64,000 bases of DNA from an uncultured Bacilli bacterium (lineage in GTDB: Bacteria > Bacillota_I > Bacilli_A > RF39 > UBA660): assembly GCA_947625575.1 (NCBI GenBank), contig CANQOV010000002.1:1457-65456 (forward strand). The letters are read 5' to 3'. Below the pieces are notes generated by a model. The model was not told where the DNA came from. It was given only the letters and a program-made list of their open reading frames with translations, and searched no databases. This document shows positions 31,883 to 41,814 of this stretch, one piece after another; position 1 is the stretch's first letter; the number at the start of each line of letters is the position of its first letter. The position numbers and the translations under genes were made by a program.

Positions 31883-33028
31883 ATGGAAAATACAACTAAA
31901 AAGAAAAGAAATAGACTTCCTTGGAACGAAGCATATCAATATGCTAAAAAATATTATGAAGTGCATGGCAATTTGAAAGTGCCTCGTAATTTTGTTACTA
32001 GTGATGGATATAGTTTTGATTCAAACGGAAAGTTTCGTTTAGGTGAGTGGGTTTTTAATCAAAAATCATTAACCCCAAAAGATAGTGAAAGAGGTAAGTT
32101 ATTATCTTTAATAGGATTTAATTTTGAGTATAAATATAGAAAAATTAAATGGGAAGATGGATATCAATATGCAAAAAAATACTATGAAATGCATGGACAT
32201 TTGAAAGTGCCTTTTGATTTTGTTACTAATGATGGATATACTTATAATCCCGAGGGTAAAATACGTTTAGGTAAGTGGATTTTTAATCAAAAATCAATTA
32301 TTTCAAAAAATAGAGAGAAAGGTAAGCTATTAGCTTTGATTGGGATGAGACTTCCTAAAAAAATTAATAATTTATCATGGGAAGAAATGTATAATTATGC
32401 CAAGAAATATTGTGAAGTACATGGTAATATAGATGTCCCTAGAGTATTTAGGACAGATGATGGATATACTTATAATCATGATGGAGAAATTGATTTAGGA
32501 TCATGGATTTATTATCAGAGAAAAGTCGTAAGTCAAAATAGTGAAAAAGGTAAGTTATTATCTTTACTAGGCATGAGATTTTATAAAAAGTACACTATTA
32601 TTTCTTGGGAAGAGATGTATAATTATGCCAAGAAATATTATGAGGTGCATGGTAATTTAAGAATACTTTCCACATTTAAGACAAATGACGGATTTACTTA
32701 TGATCCTGATGGTAAAATTCATTTAGGTTTATGGATTTTTAATCAAAGACATAAAACACCAAAAGATAGTGAAAGGGGTTTAATGCTTTCTAAAATTGGT
32801 ATGATTTGGAACTTTGAAGAAAATAAAAAGAAAGTTCAAGATTTATGTATAAAATATGGTATAGATTATCAAAAAAATAAAGCTTTATTAGATAATATTT
32901 CTATAGATATCTTAGAAGCAAGAGTTCAATTTTTAGGAAAACAAAATGACTTATTAATGAAAAATGATATATTAAATGATAATTATTCATTTTTTGAAGA
33001 AGATAAACCTTTAGTAAGAAAAAGATAG
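31883..33028 (+). CDS. protein built from four tandem helicase-associated (HA, PF03457-like) domains
   Basis: Four 228-bp (76-aa) repeats begin at 31922, 32150, 32378 and 32606. Each has the pattern W-E-x-YQYAKKYYEVHGNL-VP-F-T-DGY-G-W. Confidence 0.65.
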   Translation: MENTTKKKRNRLPWNEAYQYAKKYYEVHGNLKVPRNFVTSDGYSFDSNGKFRLGEWVFNQKSLTPKDSERGKLLSLIGFNFEYKYRKIKWEDGYQYAKKYYEMHGHLKVPFDFVTNDGYTYNPEGKIRLGKWIFNQKSIISKNREKGKLLALIGMRLPKKINNLSWEEMYNYAKKYCEVHGNIDVPRVFRTDDGYTYNHDGEIDLGSWIYYQRKVVSQNSEKGKLLSLLGMRFYKKYTIISWEEMYNYAKKYYEVHGNLRILSTFKTNDGFTYDPDGKIHLGLWIFNQRHKTPKDSERGLMLSKIGMIWNFEENKKKVQDLCIKYGIDYQKNKALLDNISIDILEARVQFLGKQNDLLMKNDILNDNYSFFEEDKPLVRKR

Positions 33029-33032
33029 ATAA

Positions 33033-33060
33033 TAAAAACAATGCTTGGCATTGTTTTTAT
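33033..33060. terminator. bidirectional terminator between convergent genes
   Basis: AAAACAATGC-ttgg-GCATTGTTTT hairpin flanked by A and T runs. Confidence 0.55.
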
Positions 33061-33605
33061 TTGGTGTTTTTTCTTTGATATTCTTTAATTAGTTTATCAG
33101 TATAATTTTCTTCTGTAATGTTACTATTAATCATATAATAATCTATTAATTTATTAGTCATCTCTATGTAAATATTTATTGCTTGTTCAATATTACCTTT
33201 TTTAATATCTTCAATTGAAGGAATTATATAGTAATTTAAAAGATACCCTGCTATTAAAACTCTATTTTTATCTTCTTCCAAGTTTTTAACAATTTTAGGT
33301 CCTGTTAAGCGATATTCTTCTAGCATAGTAAAGCAATCAACTTCTTTTTTTAAATAATTATCTCTAAATGCTCTTAAAAAATTAAGATAATAACAATCTT
33401 TAGGATATTTTAATATTTCACAGACAGCAGTTGTTATATAGCAGTTTCCTCCCATAGAAATAGGACTAGTTGTAGATGTTCTATATTGGAATTTACCACA
33501 GGTTGTATCTTGTAATGGATAATATTGGTGGTTTTGGGTGCAATAATAATTGCCAGATCTTGAATCATTTAAATCTAAATATATACATTCTGAACATGTT
33601 TTCAT
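33057..33605 (-). CDS. hypothetical Cys-rich protein (182 aa)
   Basis: N-terminal CSEC ... C ... C ... C ... C cluster (putative zinc-binding) and a C-terminal helical region. Confidence 0.45.
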   Translation of the reverse strand: MKTCSECIYLDLNDSRSGNYYCTQNHQYYPLQDTTCGKFQYRTSTTSPISMGGNCYITTAVCEILKYPKDCYYLNFLRAFRDNYLKKEVDCFTMLEEYRLTGPKIVKNLEEDKNRVLIAGYLLNYYIIPSIEDIKKGNIEQAINIYIEMTNKLIDYYMINSNITEENYTDKLIKEYQRKNTK

Positions 33606-33704
33606 AATCTCACCTTTTTTTGTTTTTATATTTTATATAATTTATTTAAATTTGTCAAATATAAATAGTTTTATGATATAATTTTGTTAGATTTGGTGAT
33701 TGAT

Positions 33705-35912
33705 ATGAAAGTTGAATTACTTGCTCCAGCAGGAGATATGGAAAGTTTAAGAGCGGCAGTTATGTATGGTGCTGATGCTTGTTATATTGCTTTTAAAAAA
33801 TATGGTGCTAGAAAGTTTGCTAAAAATTTTACTTTTGAAGAAATTGATACGGCAATAAAGTTTTGTCATTTATATGGGGTTAAATTATATGTGACAGTTA
33901 ATACATTAGTTTATGAAAATGAGGTTGATGATTTTTTAGAGTGTATTTCTAAGTTACATAGTATGGGTGTTGATGCAGTTATAATGCAAGATTTAGGTAT
34001 GATTGATCTAGTACATAAAATGTTTCCTAATTTGGTTATTCATGCTTCTACTCAGTGTGATAATCATAATAGAGAAAAGTTAGAACTTTTAAAAAATTTA
34101 GGGGTAAAAAGAGCTGTTTTAGCAAGAGAAATGTCAATTGATGAAATAAAAAAATTAGATGTTGATATTGAAAAAGAAGTTTTTATTCATGGAGCAATGT
34201 GTGTTAGCTATTCGGGACTTTGTTATTTTTCTTCTTCGATATTAAATAGAAGTGGTAACAAGGGAGAGTGTGCTGGTATGTGCAGATTGCCATATAGCTT
34301 GTATGAAAATGGTAAAAAGTGCAATCTAGGTGGCGATTATATTTTTAGTATGAAAGACTTGGGAGGTTTTTCTTATTTAAAAGAATTATTGGATTCAAAT
34401 GTTACAGCATTAAAAATTGAGGGTAGGATGAAATCAAGTTACTATGTTGGATTTGTAACATTTTTGTATCGTAAATTAATAGATGAATATTATAAAACAT
34501 CTTTAGTAAAAATAACAGATGAAGACTTAGAGAAATTAAAGAAATTATATTATCGTGGTTTTTGTTCTGGATATTTGAAAGAAGATAATTATAAAAATTT
34601 AGTTTCTTTTGATAGCCCTAATCATAAGGGTGTTTTGTTAGGGAAAGTTTTGGATATTTCTTCAAAAATAAAAATTAAATTAGCTTGTGATTTAAATCAA
34701 AATGATGGAATTAGGTTTTCTAATAATGAGGGGATGATTGTTAATTATTTATATGATAGTAAGGGCAAATTAGTTTCTTTTGTTAAAAAAGGTGAAGTGG
34801 CATACGTTGATAATAAAGTTAATTTAAAAGAATTTAAAGATGTTTATAAAACTTTGGATTATAAGCTTATAAAAGAGGTTGGTAATCTTCCTAAAAGAGT
34901 TGTTCCTATTTCTTTTAAAGTTAAGTTAAAAGTAGGAAGTAATCTTGTTATTAGCATTAGTGATGGTGTTAATAGTTTTACTAAAGAGGGTGTAGTAGTT
35001 GTTAAAGCAATTAAAAAAAGTGTTAGTAAAGAAGATATTATTGAAAAATTAAATAAGTTAGGTAACAGTGTTTTTTCTTTAGAGAAAGTAGATATCGACT
35101 ATGACGAGGACGCTTTTGTTCCTATTAGTGAGATTAATAAGTTAAGAAGAGATTTAGTTTTATTACTTACTAGGGAAAGATGTAAAAATAAAGTTTGTTA
35201 TGTTAAATGCAAGGTTAATTATGATTTAGATAAAGAAGAAGTTCTTAGTCCTAAAGTTGTTGTTTCTTCATTAAGAGAAGATACTATTAAAGAGAGTTTA
35301 GGACATGATGTGATGATTTTTACAAAAAATTATCCTTTATATTTAAAATATAAGGATAAAGGCGTTTTATATGAAACACAAAGAGTTGCTAATAAGGTAT
35401 ATGATGTTAAAGATGATGTTTTGCTTGAAGATATTAGTATGATTGATAAATATAAATCTTCTTATTCTGGAGTTTATTTAAATGTTGTTAATTCTTATAC
35501 AGTTAGACTTTTAAGAAGATTGAAAGTAAGAGTAGTTGGTTTATCTTTTGAAAATGATATTAACAATATTTTGTTAATTATGAAAAATTATAAAGAGCGA
35601 TATGGAATAGAAGCTCCAGTTATGGTAATGATGTATGGTAAGGTAGAATTAATGATTATGAAATATTGTCCTATTAATGCTATTTGTTATAAAAATGGTG
35701 CTTGTAATTTGTGTTTAAAAAATAAATATGAAGTTAAAGATAGAAATGGTAAATTTTATTCTTTTCTTACTAATGAGGGAAGTATTAGTCTTTTACATTA
35801 TAAACCGTATACACTTTATCAATATTTTGATAAAATCAAGTCTAGTATTTACATATCATTTACTAATGAAAATATAGATGATGTAAAAGAAGTTTTGGAT
35901 AAAATTAGTTAA
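33705..35912 (+). CDS. peptidase U32 family protein (collagenase-like)
   Basis: N-terminus MKVELLAPAGDMESLRAAVMYGADA and a conserved U32 core. GGTGA SD before ATG 33705. Confidence 0.8.
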   Translation: MKVELLAPAGDMESLRAAVMYGADACYIAFKKYGARKFAKNFTFEEIDTAIKFCHLYGVKLYVTVNTLVYENEVDDFLECISKLHSMGVDAVIMQDLGMIDLVHKMFPNLVIHASTQCDNHNREKLELLKNLGVKRAVLAREMSIDEIKKLDVDIEKEVFIHGAMCVSYSGLCYFSSSILNRSGNKGECAGMCRLPYSLYENGKKCNLGGDYIFSMKDLGGFSYLKELLDSNVTALKIEGRMKSSYYVGFVTFLYRKLIDEYYKTSLVKITDEDLEKLKKLYYRGFCSGYLKEDNYKNLVSFDSPNHKGVLLGKVLDISSKIKIKLACDLNQNDGIRFSNNEGMIVNYLYDSKGKLVSFVKKGEVAYVDNKVNLKEFKDVYKTLDYKLIKEVGNLPKRVVPISFKVKLKVGSNLVISISDGVNSFTKEGVVVVKAIKKSVSKEDIIEKLNKLGNSVFSLEKVDIDYDEDAFVPISEINKLRRDLVLLLTRERCKNKVCYVKCKVNYDLDKEEVLSPKVVVSSLREDTIKESLGHDVMIFTKNYPLYLKYKDKGVLYETQRVANKVYDVKDDVLLEDISMIDKYKSSYSGVYLNVVNSYTVRLLRRLKVRVVGLSFENDINNILLIMKNYKERYGIEAPVMVMMYGKVELMIMKYCPINAICYKNGACNLCLKNKYEVKDRNGKFYSFLTNEGSISLLHYKPYTLYQYFDKIKSSIYISFTNENIDDVKEVLDKIS

Positions 35913-36854
35913 TTATATTTCAAAAGTTGTTTCATCTATAAATTTGTAATTTGTTTTGTATTTTAATTCTCTAACAAGCTTAAATAATGCTAAATCTTTC
36001 TGCTTGGCTTCTAACATTATATCAATATCAGTATTAAGAGGTTTTAGTTTTTCTAAGAAATTTATAAAATCATCAGAATTAATATAATCATTGTGATAAC
36101 GATATTCTTTTTTTTGATTGCTCTTTGGAGATGAAAAATGCATTTTTGGTCTTTTGCCATGCCATGTTTTAATGATGTCATCTAAGTAATAGGATATGTC
36201 ATGCTTACTTGGATTTGTCATATTATGATGATAGTCTAAGACAAGTGGTATGTCTAAATCTTTACATAAAGATAAAGTATCTTCGACATTATATGTTTTA
36301 TCATCATTTTCTAAAATAATTGATTTTCTTACTTTTATTGGTAAATTATTAAAAGTGTTTTTAAATTTTTTTAAGTGTAAACTTTTGCCAAAAGTGGCAC
36401 TTCCTATGTGAAGAATTATTTCTTTGTTGGGTATTTTTAAAGCTTTTAATATCTTATAGTGGTAGTTTAGTATTTTAATGGCATTATCTATCACTTCTTT
36501 TCTTGCACTATTTAAGATGGTGTATTGATCTGGGTGCATATCTATTCTTAAATTGTTTTCTAATATCATGTTACTTAATTCTTTATATTCATTTTGATAG
36601 GGAAGTATATAATCTAGATTTAATTCATTTAAAGTTGCTAAAGGAATTATTGATGAAGATAGTCTAAAGAAATGAATATTATTTTTAATATTGTATTTTA
36701 ATATTTCTTTTAATGTATGTAAGTTGTCTAATATTATTTTTTCTATTTTATTTTGGTTGGGATTTTCTTTGAAAGATTTATATGAAGTTGTTTTAAAACT
36801 AATATAGTCATCTAAAGTAAGGGGTTTATAAACATATCCTAATCTTATAATCAT
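35913..36854 (-). CDS. uvsE: UV DNA damage endonuclease
   Basis: Strong UvdE signatures (LENDDKTY, HFSSPKS, IMLEAKQKDLAL). Confidence 0.85.
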   Translation of the reverse strand: MIIRLGYVYKPLTLDDYISFKTTSYKSFKENPNQNKIEKIILDNLHTLKEILKYNIKNNIHFFRLSSSIIPLATLNELNLDYILPYQNEYKELSNMILENNLRIDMHPDQYTILNSARKEVIDNAIKILNYHYKILKALKIPNKEIILHIGSATFGKSLHLKKFKNTFNNLPIKVRKSIILENDDKTYNVEDTLSLCKDLDIPLVLDYHHNMTNPSKHDISYYLDDIIKTWHGKRPKMHFSSPKSNQKKEYRYHNDYINSDDFINFLEKLKPLNTDIDIMLEAKQKDLALFKLVRELKYKTNYKFIDETTFEI

Positions 36855-36983
36855 TTTTATTCACCTGTATAAGTTATGATTGTTTTTTGAAAAAAATATA
36901 CAAAATCGATAGACAAAATTAGTGATTTTTTCTAAATTGTATTTATTTTGTTTTTGAGATAAGGCTGACAAAGCTCTGTGTGT

Positions 36984-36992
36984 GGGGGGGGG
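36984..36992. repeat. G9 homopolymeric tract preceded by (GT)3, in a promoter region
   Basis: The sequence is gtgtgtGGGGGGGGGtgttataat. It is the only G run of this length in the window. Confidence 0.9.
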
Positions 36993-37028
36993 TGTTATAA
37001 TTAAACTTGTAAGGGTATTTACAAAATA

Positions 37029-37547
37029 ATGAAGGAGGTTTGTAAAAAAATGGAAGAGGATATAGAAACAAATTCTATCTATAGTGAGGATAAAGAAGCA
37101 TTTGAAAAAACAAGATTAGAAAACTTAAGAAAAGAAAGATTAGCTGCTATACAAAAAGCGAAAGAGAATATTCCTAGTTGGATTGAAAGAGGAAAAGCAT
37201 TAATTTTTCCAGAAAGACAAGCTGATTGGGAAAAATGTGTACGAACACACGCGAATTCTATATATAATGGAGAAGATTTAGATGCTGCATTGAAAGTTAT
37301 GGAAGTTTTAGAAAATGGTGCTACAATAGAAGAAGCAAAACAAGTTTTAAAAGAACAAGATTTTGAGCCAGCAGTTTTGCAAATTTTATTTTTATTTTCT
37401 AGTAGAGGTCCAGAATTATTTGAATCAGCTGCTTATTGGAAATTATCAGATAAGGATAAAGAGATAATTGAAGCAAAAAAACAAGAAAATGCTTGGTTAG
37501 CACAAATTAATGATTTTAGGAATAAGGGACATAAGCATAATAATTAA
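37029..37547 (+). CDS. hypothetical protein (165-172 aa ORFan)
   Basis: A GAAGGAGG SD at 37032-37039 favours ATG 37050 as the start. No recognisable domain. G+C appears slightly elevated. Confidence 0.5.
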   Translation: MKEVCKKMEEDIETNSIYSEDKEAFEKTRLENLRKERLAAIQKAKENIPSWIERGKALIFPERQADWEKCVRTHANSIYNGEDLDAALKVMEVLENGATIEEAKQVLKEQDFEPAVLQILFLFSSRGPELFESAAYWKLSDKDKEIIEAKKQENAWLAQINDFRNKGHKHNN

Positions 37548-37611
37548 AAGTAATAAAGAAAAACAAAAAAACTTAATTTCAAATTAGAAACTAAGTTTTT
37601 TATTTTTATAA

Positions 37612-37703
37612 TGGCGGAGTGGGAGGGATTTGAACCCTCGCAGCAGAAAACCCGCTCTACATCCTTAGCAGGGACGCCTCTTCAGCCTCTTGAGTACCAC
37701 TCC
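37612..37703 (-). tRNA. tRNA-Ser (anticodon GCU)
   Basis: Long-variable-arm tRNA on the minus strand. Acceptor GGAGUGG, anticodon stem CGTCC/GGATG with loop CTGCTAA, a GAGGG-TTCAAAT-CCCTC T-arm, and encoded CCA. Confidence 0.75.
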
Positions 37704-37904
37704 AAGGACATTTTTTTAAAATGCATATTTATTATATGATAAAAAAAAGATAATTTCAATACATTTTATAAATTTGTTAATTTTTGTTATATCAGTAATA
37801 AATTGTGATGACTTTAAAAATTTTATGTGTTATAATTTTGCTAGATAGGAAGTATTAATTCTTTTTGTTATTAATTCTTAATATATTATACTGGAGGAAA
37901 AAGT

Positions 37905-38849
37905 ATGAAAGTATGTAGTAAATGTAAAAATAAAGTTAGTAATAAAACTAAGATATGTCCAAAATGTGGTAATGATGTATCTATGGCTAAAATTATTGTT
38001 GATAATAAGAAAACTAATAATAAAAAGATAACTAAACCAAAACCTGTAGAAGTAAAAGAAGAAGTTGTAGAAACAAGAAAAGTTACAAATAAAAAGAAAC
38101 AAGATCAAAAGAAAGTAAAAAAAGAAAATAAAAGTAAGATAAACATTAAAGTTGTTAAAAAGAAAAAAAGTAAATTTAAAACATTTATAGATGATTTATT
38201 TAAATCTAAAAAGAAGAAGAAAAAGAAATCTGTTAAAAAAGTTAAAGAAGTTAAAGAAATTAAAAAAGAAACTATAGTAGATGAGGATTTTAGTGATGTT
38301 AATAATAAATCTAGTAGTTTGATTTGGATTTTAATTGTTGTAGGGGTTGTTATATTTTTTACAATTTGTTGTATCGTTGTTGTTAATTTTTCTTTTGGAA
38401 AGTATGACGATGAAATTAGTAGTAAAGAATATGGTAAACATTATAAAATAGGAGATAGAGTTTTATATAATGATGTTATTTATAGTTTAAATTCTGTTAG
38501 TTTAATAAATGGTACAGAACATAGTAAACCTAAAGACGGCAATCAATTTGTTTTAGTAAGTATTAGTATGGAAAACATTGGAGATGAAAAAATAAAATAT
38601 AGTTATAGTAATTGGAAGATGAGTAATTCTAAAGATGTAGAAACATCTAGAATTTTTACACCTGTTAATGCTAGTAGTGCTCTTTATAATGGAACGTTGT
38701 ATGTAGAAAGTAGTAAAAGTGGTACAATGGTGTTTGAAGAAGCTATAGATGAAGATTTAGAACTTCGTTTTTATGAAAAGATAGAAGAAGAAAATGAAGA
38801 GCCATTATTTAAATTAATATTTGTTTATGATATTGGTAAAGTAAAATAA
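37905..38849 (+). CDS. zinc-ribbon / single-TM / DUF4352-like extracellular domain protein
   Basis: N-terminal CSKCKN ... CPKCGN zinc ribbon, a K-rich linker, a TM helix, and a C-terminal beta-rich domain. Confidence 0.55.
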   Translation: MKVCSKCKNKVSNKTKICPKCGNDVSMAKIIVDNKKTNNKKITKPKPVEVKEEVVETRKVTNKKKQDQKKVKKENKSKINIKVVKKKKSKFKTFIDDLFKSKKKKKKKSVKKVKEVKEIKKETIVDEDFSDVNNKSSSLIWILIVVGVVIFFTICCIVVVNFSFGKYDDEISSKEYGKHYKIGDRVLYNDVIYSLNSVSLINGTEHSKPKDGNQFVLVSISMENIGDEKIKYSYSNWKMSNSKDVETSRIFTPVNASSALYNGTLYVESSKSGTMVFEEAIDEDLELRFYEKIEEENEEPLFKLIFVYDIGKVK

Positions 38850-38874
38850 AAGCCGTTTTTAACGGCTTTTATTT
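38847..38874. terminator. bidirectional terminator
   Basis: AAAAGCCGTT-ttta-ACGGCTTTT hairpin. Confidence 0.6.
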
Positions 38875-39729
38875 GTATGTTTCTTGTTTTATTAAATCTA
38901 AATTTTTATACATTAATGAGATATAATCTTCATTATTTTTATAATCTTCTTCGGAGATTGTCTCTAAAGTTTTGTAGGTTATAGTCTCTTTATTTGTTTC
39001 GTTTAATAATTCAGTTACTGCTGGGGGTGTTATTAAGTTTTCTTTAATAAATATATATGATAAATTATCGTTTAGTAAAGATTTTGCTGTTTGAATATTT
39101 TTATCAATATTTTTATTTTCACTTGTTAAGTTAATAACATTAAAACCATATTTTTGTAGAAAATTTAAAGATTCATCTGCGACTATTATAGTTTTGTTGC
39201 TAGAGTTATCAGCAGTTGTTTTAAATTCTGTTTCTAGTTCTGTTATATCAACTTTTAATAAATTGTATTCGTTTTCTATTTCATCTTTTATATAACTATT
39301 TGTTATATATGCTGATAATTCATTTTTTATATTTTGACCAATCATTAATATATTAGCAGGATTTAACCAAAGATCTGAGGGAGCATAGGTTAAATCTATT
39401 CCATAAGAAGCATTAATTATTTTTAATCTATTGTTGTAATTAATCATGTCTTTAGCTAATTCTCTTTCATCATTTTTACCATTGTAGATAAACAAATCTT
39501 TTTTACTAAAGTCTTTTATTTCTTTATTAGTAAATTTATAGGTATTAACATTTGAACTTTTAGGATAAATACTTTTAATTTCAGCATAATTGGAATATAA
39601 TCTATTAGCAACATATTCAAATGGGTAGATAGTGGAGATTATTTCAATATCTTCCATTTTATCTCGTTTAAAACAACCAGTTGTTAATAATAAAATTAGA
39701 ATTAATAATATATATAATTTCTTTTTCAT
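38869..39729 (-). CDS. lipoprotein, TroA/ZnuA-like solute-binding fold (metal-ligand His apparently absent)
   Basis: Lipobox LLLTTGC. N-terminal EIISTIYPFEYVANRL and C-terminal MYKNLDLIK resemble cluster-9 substrate-binding proteins. AAGGAGA SD. It lies immediately downstream of yidD. Confidence 0.45.
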   Translation of the reverse strand: MKKKLYILLILILLLTTGCFKRDKMEDIEIISTIYPFEYVANRLYSNYAEIKSIYPKSSNVNTYKFTNKEIKDFSKKDLFIYNGKNDERELAKDMINYNNRLKIINASYGIDLTYAPSDLWLNPANILMIGQNIKNELSAYITNSYIKDEIENEYNLLKVDITELETEFKTTADNSSNKTIIVADESLNFLQKYGFNVINLTSENKNIDKNIQTAKSLLNDNLSYIFIKENLITPPAVTELLNETNKETITYKTLETISEEDYKNNEDYISLMYKNLDLIKQETYK

Positions 39730-39730
39730 T

Positions 39731-39949
39731 TTATTTCTCCTTTTTTGGTACAGGGTCATAACCATATGTTCCAAAAGGGTTACACCTTAATATTCTTTTT
39801 ATAGATAAATATAAACCTTTTTTAAGACCATGGGTTGTTATAGCTTCTTTGGCATAGTTTGAACAAGAGGGGATATGTCTACAATAGTTATGACAACTTA
39901 ATGGGGTATTTTGATAAATATTTATTAGTTTTAAGAGAAAGTTTTTCAT
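39731..39949 (-). CDS. yidD: membrane protein insertion efficiency factor YidD
   Basis: 72 aa with an (IxxYQxxxS...C..IPSCSxYA) pattern. Confidence 0.75.
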   Translation of the reverse strand: MKNFLLKLINIYQNTPLSCHNYCRHIPSCSNYAKEAITTHGLKKGLYLSIKRILRCNPFGTYGYDPVPKKEK

Positions 39950-40044
39950 CTTACCACCTGTTTATATTTTACTATTATTTTTTTTATTTAGCAATGTTAA
40001 TGGTTATTTTTTTAAAAATGTGGTATAGTTTAGTTGGTGATTGT

Positions 40045-40713
40045 ATGGATACTTTATTTGAAAAATTAGGAATAGTTCCAAAGAATTTAAATTTGTATGA
40101 ACAAGCATTTACTCATGGATCTTATAGTTACGAACATGGACTTTCTTATTCTTATGAAAGATTAGAGTTTTTAGGAGATGCAATTGTAGATTTAGTAATT
40201 TCTGATTATTTATATAATAGTAAAATGTATGAAGAGGGGGAAATGACAAAGATTAGAGCTAGTTATGTCTGTGAAAATGCTTTGGCATGTTTTGCTAATG
40301 ATTTAAATTTTAGTAATTATATTAAAGTTGGTAAGGGTGAATATTTAAATGGGGGTAAACATAAAAAAGCTATTCTTGCTGATGTTTTTGAAGCTTTTAT
40401 TGCTGCAATCTATTTAGATTTGGGTTTTGAAGAAGCTAAAAAAATTCTTTTAAATATTGCTGTACCTTATATTGAAGATAAAAATGTTTTACTTTTTAAT
40501 GATTATAAATCTGTCTTACAAGAAGCTGTACAGAATATTCAAAAGAATTTAGTATATGAACTTTTAGATTCTAATGGTCCGTCACATAATAGAACTTTTA
40601 AAGTTGCTGTTAAAATTGATGATATTGTTTATGGGATAGGGGTTGGTCCTTCAAAAAAAGAAGCAGAGCAAGTTGCTGCTAAAAAAGCTTTAGAAAAATT
40701 AGTAATAAAATAA
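40045..40713 (+). CDS. rnc: ribonuclease III
   Basis: RNase III signature ERLEFLGDA plus a C-terminal dsRBD. The track ORF start at 39859 is a spurious N-terminal extension. Confidence 0.85.
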   Translation: MDTLFEKLGIVPKNLNLYEQAFTHGSYSYEHGLSYSYERLEFLGDAIVDLVISDYLYNSKMYEEGEMTKIRASYVCENALACFANDLNFSNYIKVGKGEYLNGGKHKKAILADVFEAFIAAIYLDLGFEEAKKILLNIAVPYIEDKNVLLFNDYKSVLQEAVQNIQKNLVYELLDSNGPSHNRTFKVAVKIDDIVYGIGVGPSKKEAEQVAAKKALEKLVIK

Positions 40714-41277
40714 TTAATTATTTATTTCATTTGCAATTATTTCTTTTACCTTAGATATAGTTGTAGTTAAATCATCATTTGTGACGATATAGTCATAGTG
40801 ATGTTTTTTTGATAATTCATAAGAAGCTTTTTCTAGACGTTCTTTTAGTTTTTCTTCACTTTCAGTATCTCTATTTATTAATCTTGTTTTTAAATTTTCA
40901 AAAGAGGGTGGCTCAATAAATATTAAGATAGCCTCTTTGAGATTTTTTTTAATATTTAAAGCACCATTTACATCTATTTCTAAAATTACATTAATATTAT
41001 TGTTTAATTTATCAAAGACAGTTTGTTTTAATGTACCATAGTAAGTATCTTTATAAACTTCTTCATATTCTAGAAAATTATTATTTTCAATTTGTTTTAC
41101 AAACTCTTCTTTAGTTAAGAAATAATAATCAATACCATTTTGTTCATTATCTCTTTTTGGTCTTGTAGTTGCAGATATTGAATACCATAAATTTGGTAAT
41201 TGTTTTATTAATTCTGTTCTTATAGTGGATTTACCAACACCACTTGGTCCTGATAAAATTATTAATTTACCTTTCAA
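40714..41277 (-). CDS. gmk: guanylate kinase
   Basis: P-loop GPSGVGKST and the typical GMP-binding motifs. Confidence 0.85.
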   Translation of the reverse strand: MKGKLIILSGPSGVGKSTIRTELIKQLPNLWYSISATTRPKRDNEQNGIDYYFLTKEEFVKQIENNNFLEYEEVYKDTYYGTLKQTVFDKLNNNINVILEIDVNGALNIKKNLKEAILIFIEPPSFENLKTRLINRDTESEEKLKERLEKASYELSKKHHYDYIVTNDDLTTTISKVKEIIANEINN

Positions 41278-41336
41278 ATTATCACCTTTTTCTTATTATA
41301 ATTTATATTATAACTTATTATAATAAGGTTTGACAA

Positions 41337-41702
41337 TTAAATATCAGGGTTTTCAATATTTAATAAAGGATTATTTATTTTTTGGGTAGAGTTATATAAA
41401 GCAATTATTCCAGATATTAATGTTAGAATACTTATTATTACTTCATTTCTTTGAAGATATAAATCGTTTCTTTGTTGTTGTTTTGATATTTTATAAGTTT
41501 CAATACTTATATAGAAAAATAAAATTATAGAAATAGTGGCAATTATTCTAGAAATATGAGATAGTTCGTTAGATTTTTTTTGGTTTTGTCTATTGTTTAA
41601 TAATTCATATGTTAGATATAAAGAGATAAGAACAGTTATTAGAAAGAGGATTGTAGCAATAAATTGTAAAAATACAAGATTTTGTTCCTTTTGTGTTTTC
41701 AT
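41337..41702 (-). CDS. small membrane protein (hypothetical)
   Basis: Three or four predicted TM helices. Confidence 0.45.
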   Translation of the reverse strand: MKTQKEQNLVFLQFIATILFLITVLISLYLTYELLNNRQNQKKSNELSHISRIIATISIILFFYISIETYKISKQQQRNDLYLQRNEVIISILTLISGIIALYNSTQKINNPLLNIENPDI

Positions 41703-41750
41703 AGTAAATTATATGTTTTAGACAATTTGTGATGAAAAAAATGTCTAATT

Positions 41751-41776
41751 TTAGCACTTGGTATTGACAAGTGCTA
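41751..41776 (+). promoter_or_regulatory. CIRCE operator (HrcA site) overlapping the hsp20 promoter
   Basis: TTAGCACTT-N9-AAGTGCTAA matches CIRCE TTAGCACTC-N9-GAGTGCTAA at 16 of 18 positions. The promoter TTGACA(41764)-16 bp-TGcTATAAT(41786-41791) is embedded in and follows it. Confidence 0.7.
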
Positions 41777-41814
41777 AAAAGGTGCTATAATTAATATTGT
41801 TAGGAGGAATAGAT

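Noticed and set aside
38000-38280. Periodic AAG/AAA repeats resembling a short tandem array
   Set aside because: This is in-frame coding sequence for a lysine-rich linker of the zinc-ribbon/DUF4352-like protein. It has no repeat-spacer structure, so it is not CRISPR-like.
39859-40044. N-terminal 62-aa extension of the rnc ORF in the track
   Set aside because: RNase III homology begins at MDTLFEKLG (ATG 40045). The extension is hydrophobic junk overlapping the yidD promoter region.
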